The notes under the pieces were generated by a model. It was not told where the DNA came from, searched no databases, and saw only the letters and a list, made by a program, of their open reading frames with translations. From Glaucostegus cemiculus (lineage: Eukaryota), in contig CDPCPM010000020.1 of NCBI GenBank assembly GCA_976551045.1, positions 2,418,001 through 2,482,000 on the forward strand: a stretch of 64,000 bases of DNA, read 5' to 3'. The translations under genes were made by a program, and so were the position numbers. This document shows, piece by piece, positions 23,630-35,520 of the stretch (its first letter is position 1; the number at the start of each line of letters is the position of its first letter).

Positions 23630-26600
23630 CCCAATGTCAACCTAGGCACCAAATTTGGACATGGAAAAGTTGCTCCCAGGCCAGTCAACCTAGCTATCAC
23701 CTCCTGACAAACATCTGGGGATGGTGTTCAATCTGGGACAGTTCATAGATTTAGATTGTACAGGACAAACAGGCCCTTTTGGCCCACCTTATCCATGTTG
23801 TCCACAACTAATCCCGTTCACCTGCATTAGGCCAGTATCCCACTACACCTTTCCAATCCAAGTACCTGCCCAAATGCCTTTTAAACATTGTAATAAAGTT
23901 GTTCTGCAAACTAATCAAGCAATGCTCTGACAGTCATGCTCAGAATCATACACTACAGATAATGTGCCAGACTCACAATTCCTGGATACATCTTATCACA
24001 CTGGCAGGACAAACACCCCAAGTAGTGGCACACTGGCATATAAATGGGACAGAGTAGCCCTTTGTGTCCTCAACATCAACTCCAGACCCCCTGTAGTTTC
24101 ATGGTATCAGTCAAAAAAATGGGCACAGAAACTTCTTCCTAACTACAACCCCCTATCAGTGTTCTTCTATGTCAAGCAACATTTGGAAGTAGCACTTAAA
24201 GGGGCAAGGGCACAGAATGGACTCTGGAAAATGGACTTCAATGTCCATCACCAAGAGTGACTTGGCAACACCACCACAGAACAAACTGGCCAAGCACATA
24301 GGACATCACTGCCAGATTAGTTCACTCACTACTTGCTGCAGATCCAACATAAGGGGTACACTTACTTGACCTCATCCTCACCAAATCTACTTGTGGCAAA
24401 TTCATCTGTCCACATGGTAGGTGACCATCAACCACTGTACAATTCTTATATAGACAAACTCCCAACTTCACAGCTAAAAACTGGGCTTCCACAAGATGTT
24501 GCTGCTGCTGGTCCACAGCAATGTTCAGCACCACAATCTATAACCTTGTAGGCCAGTAAATCCCTCACTCCACCATTACCATCAAACCAGGAAATTAACC
24601 CTAGTTCAATGACATGTGCAAAACAGCATGCTGAAGCAGCACAAGGCATAGCCAAAATGAGGAGGTGCCAGCCTAATGAAGCTGCAGCACAGGACTACAC
24701 ACATGCTAAGCAACAAAAACATGCAAAAGATAAAGTTAAGCAACCTCACAAAACAGATCAGATCGAAGCGCTATAGTCATAGCACAGCTAGCTATGAGCA
24801 GTAGTGGACAATTAAACACTTATTGGGAGGCAGTGGCTCCAAAAGTATCCCTATCCTCAATAGCAGTGCTAAACAAAAGGTTGAATCATCTGCAACCACA
24901 TCCAGTCTGAAGTGCCCAAAAGAGGATTCATCCCAGCTTCCTCCTGAGATCTCCACCACACAGTCTTCAGGCAACTTGATTCACTCCATGTGATATCAAG
25001 AAGTGGCCAAGCACACTGGATACAGTAAAGGCTATGGGACCAGAGATCATCCAGACTGTAGTACTGAACACCTGTACTCCAGAAGCAGCTACTCCTCAAG
25101 CCAAGTTGTTCCAGTACAGTTACAACACTGCCATCTGCCAGAAAATACCCCAGGTACATCTGTTCATAAAGGACAAACCCAATCCAGTTAATTACCACTT
25201 AGTCTACTCTCAATCATCAAGTGCTATTAAGCAACACTTACTCACCCATAACCTGCTCACTGATGCCCAGTTCAGTTTAGCCAGGATCACTCTGCTCCAG
25301 ACCTCACAGCCATAACCCAAACATGGATCAAAGGGCTGAATTCCAGTGGCAAGGTAACTTCCTTCAATTCCACACACTGTCAAGTGTCATCTTCACATCA
25401 AATGACCTTCAAAACTGAAGCCAATGGGCAAAGGGAAAACATCTCAAAGGAAGATGGCTGCAGTTGCCAGAGGTCAATTCAACTCAGCCCCAGAACATCA
25501 CAGGAAACAGAAAAAAATGAGAATAGGTCATCCGGCCCTGGTCTGTTATTCAATAATATCATGGCTGATCACCTATCACAACATCATAGCCCTACTCTTT
25601 CACCATACTGCTTCATGCCTTCTGAACCTATAAATAACATTTATCTCCTTAAATATATTCAGCAACACATGATCTCTATTCAAGTAAAGAAATCTCTCTT
25701 CCTTTCAACCCCAACTCTTTCCCTGCAGCCTGAGACAGACTTGTTTTAGACACCCCAGCCAGAGGAAACATCTTCCTGGCACCCAGGCAGTATAGACCTA
25801 CCAGCATACCACATGCTTCAATGAGATTCCCTCTCGATCTTTTAAGCTAGTGAGTACAAATCTAGTTGACCTACTCTCTCCTCGTGCAGCAGTCCCATCA
25901 CCCCAGGAATCTGATCAACTTCCACTACATTCCTTCATCCCAAGTGCATCCCTTCTTAGACAAGGAGACCAAAATGGCTTACAATAATCCAGCTGCATAC
26001 AATACATTAATCTCACCAAACTAGTTTAATTGTAGCAAGACATCTTTGCTCTTGTATTCCAATCCTTACAATGAAGACAACATACCATTTGCTTTGTTAT
26101 CCACCTGCTGTAACTGCATGTTTGCTTTCAATGACTGAAGTACTAGAACACCCAGATCCCTATGTGCATCGACACTTAAATCCAAAAACATTTAATAAGG
26201 CACCTTTGTTTTCTCCCCACTAAAGCAGATAATTACATTTATCCACATTGTACTACATCTGTCAAGTCTTTTGCCAACTAGCTCAATCTGTTGAGATCTC
26301 TTTACTTGCTTCTCACAACTCACTTCTCACCCAGTTTTGTCATTAGCAAACTTCAAAGTTTAACATTTCTCCCCTCATCCAGATCACTGATACACATGAC
26401 AAATAGCTGACATCCAAGCACTAATCCCTGTGCTACCCCACTTATTATCTGCCACTGTGAAAAGGACCCATTTATTTCTACTGTTTGTCTATTAAACAAT
26501 TTTCAATCCATACTATTCCCCCCACCCCCAAAAAAAAAACTATGTACTTTAATTTTACTCACTATCCTTTCTATGCAGGACTTTAAAGGCTTTCTGGAAA

Positions 26601-27012
26601 TCCCAGTACCCTGGCTTTTCCTCATCTATTTGGCCATTCTGAAAAACAAAATTTCCCCAAACACAATTTCCCTTCCAAAAATCTATGTTGATTTTGTCCA
26701 ATCCCATTGATACCGAGTATCCTGCTGTCCTATCCTTCATAGGAGCCTGTAACATTCTCCTCCTCTCCCCCCCCCCCCCCCCCCACTACTGACCCTAGGT
26801 CTAACCATCTCAGCTGCTTCATCACAACTTTCCTTCCATCACAAGGTCAAGTGGGGACACTTGCAGATAAATGCAGATTCAATTCCACTCACCATTGCTC
26901 AGCAAGTGAACTAGCCCATGCCTGCATGCAGCAAGATCTTGACAACATTCAGACATGGTGGCAAGTGACATGTCAAAGTGAGAGGCAATAACCATCTCAA
27001 ACAAGAGATTGA
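23630..27012 (+). mobile_element. Old EN-RT LINE of a second family (CR1/L2 group), interrupted by minus-strand CR1s at 23745-23895 and 25505-26760
   Basis: Endonuclease remnants (ARAQNGLWKMDFNVHHQE in ORF 23964-24260) and NPVNYH in ORF 25034-25315. RT sequence resumes at ~26790 (cagctgcttcatca...) and is homologous to the minus copy at 34860-35060. Confidence 0.7.
25505..26760 (-). mobile_element. Old CR1 RT-to-3'UTR fragment
   Basis: WDFQKAFK in ORF 26555-26755; antisense RT and 3'UTR (gaataggtcatccggccc). Confidence 0.75.
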
Positions 27013-27019
27013 ACTACCT

Positions 27020-28270
27020 ACCTCAAGACCAAGGATATATAACACACAGGTATGGTAAATAGTCAGTCTTTCTCCTCCCACCCTCCCCCACGAGGGCGTC
27101 CAAGACAAGACAGCAATAGGTAGCAAGGTAGGAGATTGAGAATTCCTTCTTTCTCCTCCACTGACTCTCCCCCCCCCACCCCCCCAAACAGAATGGCTAG
27201 AATCTGAAACACACTACTTGAGGGGATGGTAGAGGCAGAGACACGTAGTAATTAAAAAGTATCTAGATAAGCATTTGAGTCACCAAGGTATAGACAGCTA
27301 TGAACCTAATATAGGCAAATGGGAGTAGTATGGATGGGTACAATGGTTGTTATGGATATGCTGGGCCAAAGGGTCTGTTCCTGCACTGTATGACTCAGAC
27401 TTTCTAAAGGGCAACAAATGCTCGTCTCATCAGTACACCCAGATCCTAAAATTGAATTTAGAAACAATCCAGATAACACTTGAATTTGTATATTTCCATT
27501 TGCTCCAGCCTCTCAATCTCCAAGCAGAACCACATGCCTCATCCTAACTTTGCTGTTGGTTCCAACAAAGGCTCAGTCACTATTTAACAGATTGATAGAT
27601 TATCAGATATTAAAGAATAGAGAACAGTATAGCACAGGAACAGGCTCTTTGGCCCATAATGTCTGTGCCAACCATGCCAATCTAAACTAATTCCATCTGT
27701 CTGCACATAGTCTATATCCCTCCAGCCCCTGCCTGCTCATGTTCTTATCTAACTATCTCTTAAGTGTTGCTACTGAAATGTGCTGACAGCTCCCCTGACA
27801 CCACATTCCAGCACCTGTCATTCTCTCAAAGGAGAGAACTTTTCCCCATCTCACCTTAAAGCTACATCCTAGAGTATTTGACACTTCTGCCCTGGTTAAA
27901 AATAACTGACTACCTACACCACCTATACCCTTCATAATTTTATACATTTGTCCCCTCAACCTCTAACACACCAGAGAAAACAATTCAAGTTTGTCCAACC
28001 TCTCCTTATAGCTATAATCCAGGAAGCATCCTGGTCTCTCTTTTCCAGATGAGAGTAGATACTATCCAAGAATCTCCTCCAATAATTTCCCTACCACTAA
28101 TGCAAGGCTCACCAGCTTTTAATTTTCTGGTCTCTATGGACCTTCTTAAATAGGAAACAACACTGGCTATTCTCCAGTCCTTCAGGACCTTGCCTGTGGC
28201 TAGAGGATACAAAGATCTGTCAAGGCACCAGTAAACTGCTCACTTGTCTCTTAATAACTTGGGATGGATC
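27020..28270. mobile_element. Two CR1 fragments: plus-strand 3' end (27020-27400) and minus-strand fragment (27620-28270)
   Basis: gggccaaagggtctgttcctgcactgtatgactc tail; agaacagtatagcacaggaacaggc antisense tail; ORFs YKIMKGI and ATGKVLKDWRIASV on the minus strand. Confidence 0.75.
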
Positions 28271-30309
28271 CCATCAAGCCCTGGACTTGAATACACTTCA
28301 GCCCATCAGCTCCACTGTGTTCAAAAGGAATCAAGAAATATAGGGTTATGTGCAGGAAAGTGGCACTGTGGTAAAAGAATAACCACAATCTTATTGATTG
28401 GGAGTGCAGGGAAAAAATATCCTACTTACCTCTAATTCTTAGATTTTTATGTCCTTAAGTCTTTGTTCACACCCACACATGCAGCAAGTATGCCATAATT
28501 GTTGGGCAAGGCAAAGGGCTGAGATTCTTCCATCAATAAACTCCAATCCCCATATCTGCCCAACTTGGCCATATCCTCCTGCCCCTCATACCACCCAAGA
28601 CCAGGTTCCTACTTCACCTAAACTATGCAACTGCTTCCTGAATTAAATAATCCCCCTCCCCCAGTGTATCAGTGTTTACAACAGAGGCTCCAGTTCAACA
28701 GCACTGAGCCAAGTTCAAGATACAGTAATTGGGGGCTCTCACTGGTCTCTACAGACTCATCACATACCCCACTTTTGACCATGTCTAACAAAACTTATTT
28801 TATAGATTCAATGATACATTGTTCTACATATTCAATTAGCAGAGAATACACTTAACAAATTTACTGCAATTTAATTAGTCATTGATACTATTTCTTTAAA
28901 AAAGCTTAGTGTTTTATTTTAAGACACTCATTAAACTGCATCAATCACTGCATAAACATTAACTACCAACTCAAACTTGCACAAGCCAGTATTGACAACC
29001 AAAATATCAGCATCTCTTCCCCTCTACACCACATTTCCAGTGACAATATCATCAACTTCAGTACTCTGTCATATCACCCTTTGTTCACGTTTGGTTTGAC
29101 CATTCTGAACCTGTTGATTGATGAAAAGGGAGCAATACTAACCAGTGAAGGCATTAAGTAGATGTCCTGTTGATTTTGCAAATGGAAACATTAACAAACA
29201 AAACAGATCCAAAAAAATCATTCAATTGAAAAAGTTTAATGAAAAGAAAACAAAAAGGTAAGTTTTAAGTTAAAAAGTGAGAGATGTTAAAATACCAGTG
29301 ACCAAATTATCCTAGAATTGAAGCTTGTAGGTTGTAGTAGGTATACAAACAAGACGCTGAAAAGCTCAACAAGTACAGAGAAAAAATTATGAACCTTAGT
29401 TTTAATGCTGGGAGATGGATCAATGTATACTAGATGGTGCATTCCAGTCCAGGAGCAAAAGCAGAAACTCTGAAGAACCAATGACTATGCTACTGCTGAT
29501 GCAATGGAAAGAGCAATAAAACAAAAAAGGGAGAATGAGCAGCAGATCAAGAACCTGCTTTTCATGGACTTCTGAAGCACTTCAATTTCTTACTTGAAAC
29601 CTTTTGTAAATAAAACACAAAGACTCATGCTCTAATCAGTATCCTGCTAGGGAAGTACCTACATGGGACTTAAGAACACATTCATGGTTTATTTTAAATG
29701 AATATCAATGATGTTCAAGCACTGGAAGCAGTGTAGAAGAGTTACGTTGTAGATTCCTAGCATCATGGCCCCCAAAGTAAAGACAAGAGGGACTCTAATG
29801 TTTCAGTCTGGGAAGAAGACATCCAAAAGATAGCCCATAATAAAAGGCTAATTCAGGACTTACTTCAGGAAGCTTTCCTGCATACAAAAATAATCAAAAT
29901 GGATGAAAATGCAGAGACCAAGATCCTGGAGTAATTTTAGAACCAATTGGAAGCTGCATTGGGAGCATTTTCTCACATCTTGCAAAAATCAGTTGCAAGT
30001 GCTTTGTTTGAGCTCACAAATGGTTAATTAGATAAACTACTCAATGGTCATGGAACTGGCACCTCAAATTTAATTTCAGGCTTCTTGCAAGCAGAGGGGA
30101 GGATGCTCACTAAAAATACATCTCTGATCCATTTTTGGGAGGGTCTACACACACTTGACCAATAGTCTAAGAAGTGAAAAATTCATTTTTGCCACTGATG
30201 AATACAACAATGGGGAACAAAACAAAAAAGGTCAGAATGGAACACAACGAAAACACAGGATAAAATCATTTTACTTCAATCAAAAGGCAGGTGAAAGTAA
30301 GAGGCAACA

Positions 30310-30545
30310 AAATTCATTCAGCTTCAGCCCTTTGTCACTTCTACCCGTCACCTCCCAGCTTTTGACATCATTTCCCATCCTCATCCACTTATCACTCACC
30401 AAGACCCACCACCTTTTTATACCAGCTATCTCCCTTTTCTTTACAGTTCTGATGAAGGGTCTCAATCAAAAACATTGACTGTTCATTTCCCTCCATAGAT
30501 TCTGCCTCACCTGCTGCATTCCGGCAGCGGGTTTTGTGTTGCTGC
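30310..30545 (+). mobile_element. Penelope-like pLTR remnant with decayed hammerhead motif
   Basis: cagtt CTGATGA agggtctcaatca aaaac att gactg (30444-30481), followed by catagattctgcctcacctgctg. Confidence 0.75.
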
Positions 30546-30845
30546 AGGTAAAAGTAAGAAACTTCTTACAGAAACAGTCAGCATGAACCAACTTTATCTG
30601 GTGGGTCAAATGAAGAGTTGAAGACCATAACAAAATGGACAGGGAAGGCGAATCATCTTTTGTAGAACTAGCACATTATGGCATGGCATGTTTTCACTTC
30701 TTATAACTTACCACAAATCTTTTATGGAAAACGTAGAGAGTTTCCATCAAAACCAAAGACTCCCGTTGACGCTGTGATGCCATGGAACACAATCGCTGAA
30801 GTATACAAAAGTTCCCATTCTGACGTCCAATTTGGATAAACTTAC

Positions 30846-30927
30846 CTGTCACGTCACAGTCTGTTCTGGAGTACACACCAAGGACTCTGAAGAAGTGGTG
30901 AGAAAGTGTCTTTATAATCTCACAAAT
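30846..30927 (-). other. Putative exon 2 of an unidentified host gene (alternative acceptor at 30886)
   Basis: Strong donor CAG|GTAAG at 30846/30845. Pyrimidine-rich acceptors tctttttctttcctcctggtggctag (exon start 30927) or ctttctcaccacttcttcag (30886). Non-repetitive, 1.2 kb downstream of the CpG-rich promoter. Confidence 0.45.
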
Positions 30928-32088
30928 CTAGCCACCAGGAGGAAAGAAAAAGACAACCTTGAAAATTGTATGAGAATATTCAGAACCAGCATGGCGAACA
31001 CCCAAAAGACAATTTGAAAAGTACCTAAAGTGTCTTAATATTGGAATAGAGCACATTGTATGTCACCAACTGCATCTTGATGTATTAAAGGTACCAATAC
31101 ATAACTAGAGCTTCTGTTGTAATGTTCTAATGTAAATAGAGTTTGGCATCAGTACAGGGAAAAATAGTTGACAAATCAATTACCCTTCAAAACACCATCA
31201 CACTCTTCCAACAGTTCAGTGTTTGCATTTGCAGCATTCTGCAGTATGGCCAAATCCTAAAGCATCTAATGATGCAGTGCCTTTAAGAGCATACCTACCA
31301 TTATACACATCCCACAGAACTCTCAGTGTACAATATATTGCTCACTTTACAGTGACCTACACACTCAAAACATTAGAATATAGCTAGAAATAGACAAACA
31401 TGACACACATACAATCAATAGCAAAATGCAGCATACTCCCACAATCCAAGCAGATAGGAAGAGCTCTCACAATACCAAATGAAATGCATTTCAAGACTAA
31501 AATAAAATAGAGAGGAAAAAAACCAGGATTATGATACTGAACGACACTGATAAAACTTTATTAAAATATTCATATTGCAGCAAAACAGATCAATCATGAA
31601 ACTACCAGTCATAAAATTTAGCAGGCTAATATCTTTGACAGGTTCTTGGCCCGGAATTCATTCTCAGCGCCCTCAAGGTTAATCTGTAATGTACAGGCAT
31701 CAGTGATCCGACTCCTTCCCCTCCCCCTCATCATCCCCCACCCCCTCTCAGCATCCCTTCCGATTGACCGTTCTGAGCTCTTTTATACGAAGCACATCCA
31801 CCAGCAGCAGCCGGCACTCAGGAAGGCAGAACATGCACGCAGCACACATGACAGAAATATTCAATGTCACTGCCGCATTGACTGGGACAATATTACCTTC
31901 ACAGTGAGGAGTTTAAGACAATGGATCAAACATTAAGCAACGCTCATCACACCTTGCTTGAAGTGAGTCAGGAACCTCCCATCCTACCCCATTTAAAGGC
32001 AAACACGAGGTGTTAGAGCAAGAGATTCCGGCGTCCTATTATATATACATACAAACACACACACGACGTACTTCAGAGGTCACAGTAC

Positions 32089-32310
32089 CTGATAACTCAG
32101 AGTACATTCAGATTCCTGGCTCCCAGACGGCATGGTTGAATCTGACAGAAGGGCTCTTTCTTTTACCTTCGCTGTTAGCCGTAGCCGAAGCCGAAAGGTG
32201 TCCGGTGTCCGATGGCCGCGGCGGGCGGGGGGCGGGCAGCGCGTGCTCAGTCTGGCCCAAGACACCGCGAGCTCGGTCCTCACACCACCAGCTGCACCAG
32301 CGGCAACACA
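32089..32310 (-). other. Putative first exon of an unidentified host gene
   Basis: CpG-rich leader starting ~25-30 bp below the TATA motif. Candidate donors AAG|GTAAAA (32167) and CAG|GTACTG (32089). ATG at 32133 in context accATGc gives MPSGSQESECTLSYQ. Confidence 0.5.
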
Positions 32311-32410
32311 GGCGGCAGCGGCATCAGCACCATCCTTATATCTTCCCTTCTGAGTGGGTAGACCGCCTCGGAGCCGACCAATCAGGATCCTTGGCCCTTT
32401 AATATATGCA
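32190..32410 (-). promoter_or_regulatory. CpG-rich Pol II promoter (CCAAT box, TATA box, GC boxes)
   Basis: CCAAT at 32378-32382, minus-strand TATAAG at 32335-32340, GGGCGG boxes near 32220-32237. The clearest non-repeat CpG-dense patch in the window. Confidence 0.65.
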
Positions 32411-32599
32411 TAGGGGAGGACTGCTGGAGGAGAGCATTTGAGGGATTAAAACAAGATCGCTATGGAGATATACTTTTAAAAGATACAGTAATTGCCATTT
32501 CTTTTTATAAACTACAGATAAAAGCTGTTCATACTGCCCTGCATATTATTTCGATAACTTAATTATTTGAAACTTTTTTTAGTCATTTTTCAGGCTCTT

Positions 32600-35060
32600 T
32601 GCCTCACTGGCCAGGCCAGCATTTATTGCCCATCCCTAATTGCTGCTGAGAAGGCGGGGGCAAGTCACCTCGTTGAACTCTTGCAGTCCGTGCGGTGAAG
32701 GTACTCCCACAGGGCTGTTGGGGATTCCGGAATTCAGACGCAGCAGAAATGAAGGAACGGTGATGTATTTCCAAGTCAGGATGGTGCAAGTTGGAGAGGA
32801 ACCTACAGGTGGTGGTGTTGCTCTGCACCTGCTGCCCTTGGTGGTAGAGATCACAGGCTTGGGAGGTGCTGTCGGAAGAGCCCAGGCAAATAACTGCAAA
32901 ACATTTTGTTGGTGGTACACAATTGCAGGCACTGTGCACTGGCGGTGGCCAGAATGAATATTTAGTGTGATGGATGGGAGAGAGATGGAAATCGAGCAGG
33001 CTAGTTTGTCCTCCTTTTTGAGAGTTTTGGAGCTGTTCTCACCCAGGCAAGTGGAGAGTGTTCCATCACACTCCTTATCCTGTAGATGGTGGAAAAACTT
33101 TGGGGTATCAGGAGGTGAGTCATTCACAGTCAGATACCCAGTGTGTTCACTACTCTTGTAGCTACAGTATTTATGTGGACAGTCCATTAAAGTTTCTGAC
33201 CATTAGCAATCCCCAAAACATTGAAGGATGGAGATTTAATAACAATGTCAAGAAGTAGGGGTTAACCTCTCTCTTGTCGAGATGTATGTCTCACGAGGAA
33301 CTGAGTTGGGCCACAACTATTCCCAATGGTCCATACAGTGGTATTGAAAACCACATACCCAAGTCCGCTTATGAACAAAGATTGATGACATTGTAAGCAA
33401 TGCAGATGGAAGCACTAAACTACAAAGGGATATTAATAGATTGAGAAAATGGGTAAAAATGTGGCAAATACACTTCCATGTTGAATAACGGGAGATTATT
33501 CATTACAGACCTTGAAGGGGGGGGAAAAAGGATAGGGTTGTAAAGAAGGCATTGGTATGCTTGTCTTCATTGGCCGAGGCATTGAATATAGGAGTTGGGA
33601 CCTCCTGTTGCAGTTGTATAAAATGTTGTTCAAGCCACACTTGTGTACCATTCTGGTCGGCACACTAGAGGAAAGATGTGTTGGTAATAGAATGCAGAAG
33701 AGACTCACCAGGATGTTGCCTGGAATGAAGGGCTGTAGTTATAAGGAGAGGTTGGATAGGCTGGGTTTATTCTCACTTGAGTATAAGAGGCTGAGGAGAC
33801 CTTACAGAAGGTTATACAATTATAAGGGCTACAGATAGAATAGATAGAGTCATTTTCCCAGAGCAGAGGAGACTAGAACTAGAAGGCAGAGGTTTAAGAT
33901 GAGAGGGGAGAAATTTAAAAGAGATCTGAAGGATAAGTTTTTCACACAGAGGATGCTGGTTGCAAGGATTGAGCTGCCAGAGGAAGCAGTTGAGACAGAT
34001 GTAATTACAATGTTTGAAAAGTATTTGGACAGGTACTTGGATAGGAAAGGTATAGAGGGATTCAAGCCTAATGCAGACAAATGGGATTAGTTTAGAGAGG
34101 CATCATGGTCAGCATGGACAAGGTGGGCCAAAGAGGCCTGCTTCTATGATGTATGTTTCTATCATTCTATGAGTACTTTGAAAATGGTGACAAGCTGGAA
34201 GCAGTGGAGTTCCAAAGAGACTTGGAGATCCATGTACATTGGTTATTAAAATGTTATGGACATGCAATACAGGAAATAATCAAAAGACCCATGGAACGCT
34301 GACCTTCATATTTAGAGAATGGAAGCACTGAGGTGTTATGCCTTTACTTAATGTTATGTTTTTACAGAACTTCAGTTAGACCATACCTGAGGTTTCAGCA
34401 CCAAAACATCAGAAATATCTGTTAGAGAGATAGCAGTGTAGATTTACCAGAAAGGTATATAAGGGTTGGATCATAAAGAAAACTAGTTAAGCGATTAGAA
34501 TAGAAATTGAGAGACTACTTTCACTGATTTGGGAGTCAAGGGCAAAGTGGCAGAGTGTAGGAATTAGAGCCAGACCTTTCGGTGTGACGTTTGGAAACCT
34601 TTCTACATACAGAGGGCGTGAGAAATTTGTAATTGCATCACACAGATAGCAATCAGTGCCAGGTGAATTGTTAATTTTAAATTTGAGATTGATGGCATAA
34701 GCAAAAGTGTTAAGGGATGTGTGGAAAGGTAGGTATGTGGAATTAGATAACGGATCAGCCAAAATCTCTTTGTAAGATGGGAAAGGCTTGAAGAGCTACT
34801 TTAGTTCCTGTTAATGTGCTGCTTGATAGTCAATGACTGGTGCTTCTCTGGTGTAATTCTTACTTGCCATTTATTAGCCCTTGCCTGAATGTTGTTTAGG
34901 TCTTGCTGTGTGCAGGCATGGGCTACTTCATTAGCTAAGAACCTACGAATGAAATATTATACTTTGCAATCATCAGTGAACATTCTCTCTTCATGTTTTA
35001 TGATGGGAGAAAGGTCATTGATGAAACAGCTGAAGATGCTTGAGCCCAGGATGCTGCCCG
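32600..35060 (-). mobile_element. Minus-strand copy of the second LINE family (3' tail to RT), split by plus-strand CR1s at ~33300-34810
   Basis: Tail gccaggccagcatttattgcccatccctaattg at 32610; RT remnant gcaatcatcagtgaac...aggtcattgatgaaacagctgaagatg at 34965-35040. Confidence 0.7.
33300..34810 (+). mobile_element. Nested CR1 3' fragments (younger copy at ~33530-34170 within an older one)
   Basis: ORFs 33557-33838 (FIGRGIEYRS...RMQKRLTRMLPG) and 33899-34090 (FFTQR...FEKYLDRYL). Confidence 0.85.
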
Positions 35061-35289
35061 GGGAGAGTTTTCCCCTTAATACCCACTAACCAGGGTCAAT
35101 TGAGCCAGGTGTATCTTTCTTTTGTTGAACCTGATGGCTGGGTCAACATAATAAACCAAATGCTTTTTAATATCTCCTCCCACATGTTTAGTTTTCAAAT
35201 CATATGGATAAATAAATGAAATTTTGTACTGCGTTGCAAGTAACCTGCGGATTGAGGAAGGTCCACACACTGTGATACGTGGCATTGTA

Positions 35290-35520
35290 GAGAAAGCATA
35301 TAACACACAGGAACTTGTGCACAGGGTAATGAGCAATGTTCAGGATATGTGAAAAATCCAAATTAAATGCTATAGTGCTTCCAATGAAAAGTGTCTGACA
35401 ACCCATTTCTTTTTATTACAAATAGATAGAACATCCTTTCTTGAAGATCCTCATGATTACAATGTCTCTGCAATTCCCTGGCATGTCTTCCTCTTCCCAG
35501 ATGTGGAAGATGGAACACAG
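35290..35520 (-). mobile_element. RTE-clade LINE RT fragment
   Basis: Reverse complement of 35435-35512 reads IFHIWEEEDMPGNCRDIVIMRIFKKG, the RTE-type IWxxExxPxxxRDxxIxxIFKKG motif. Confidence 0.6.

Noticed and set aside
30846-30886. In-frame TGA as selenocysteine or antizyme-type frameshift site
   Set aside because: The peptide resembles no selenoprotein or antizyme I know, the context is not TCC TGA, and no SECIS is visible.
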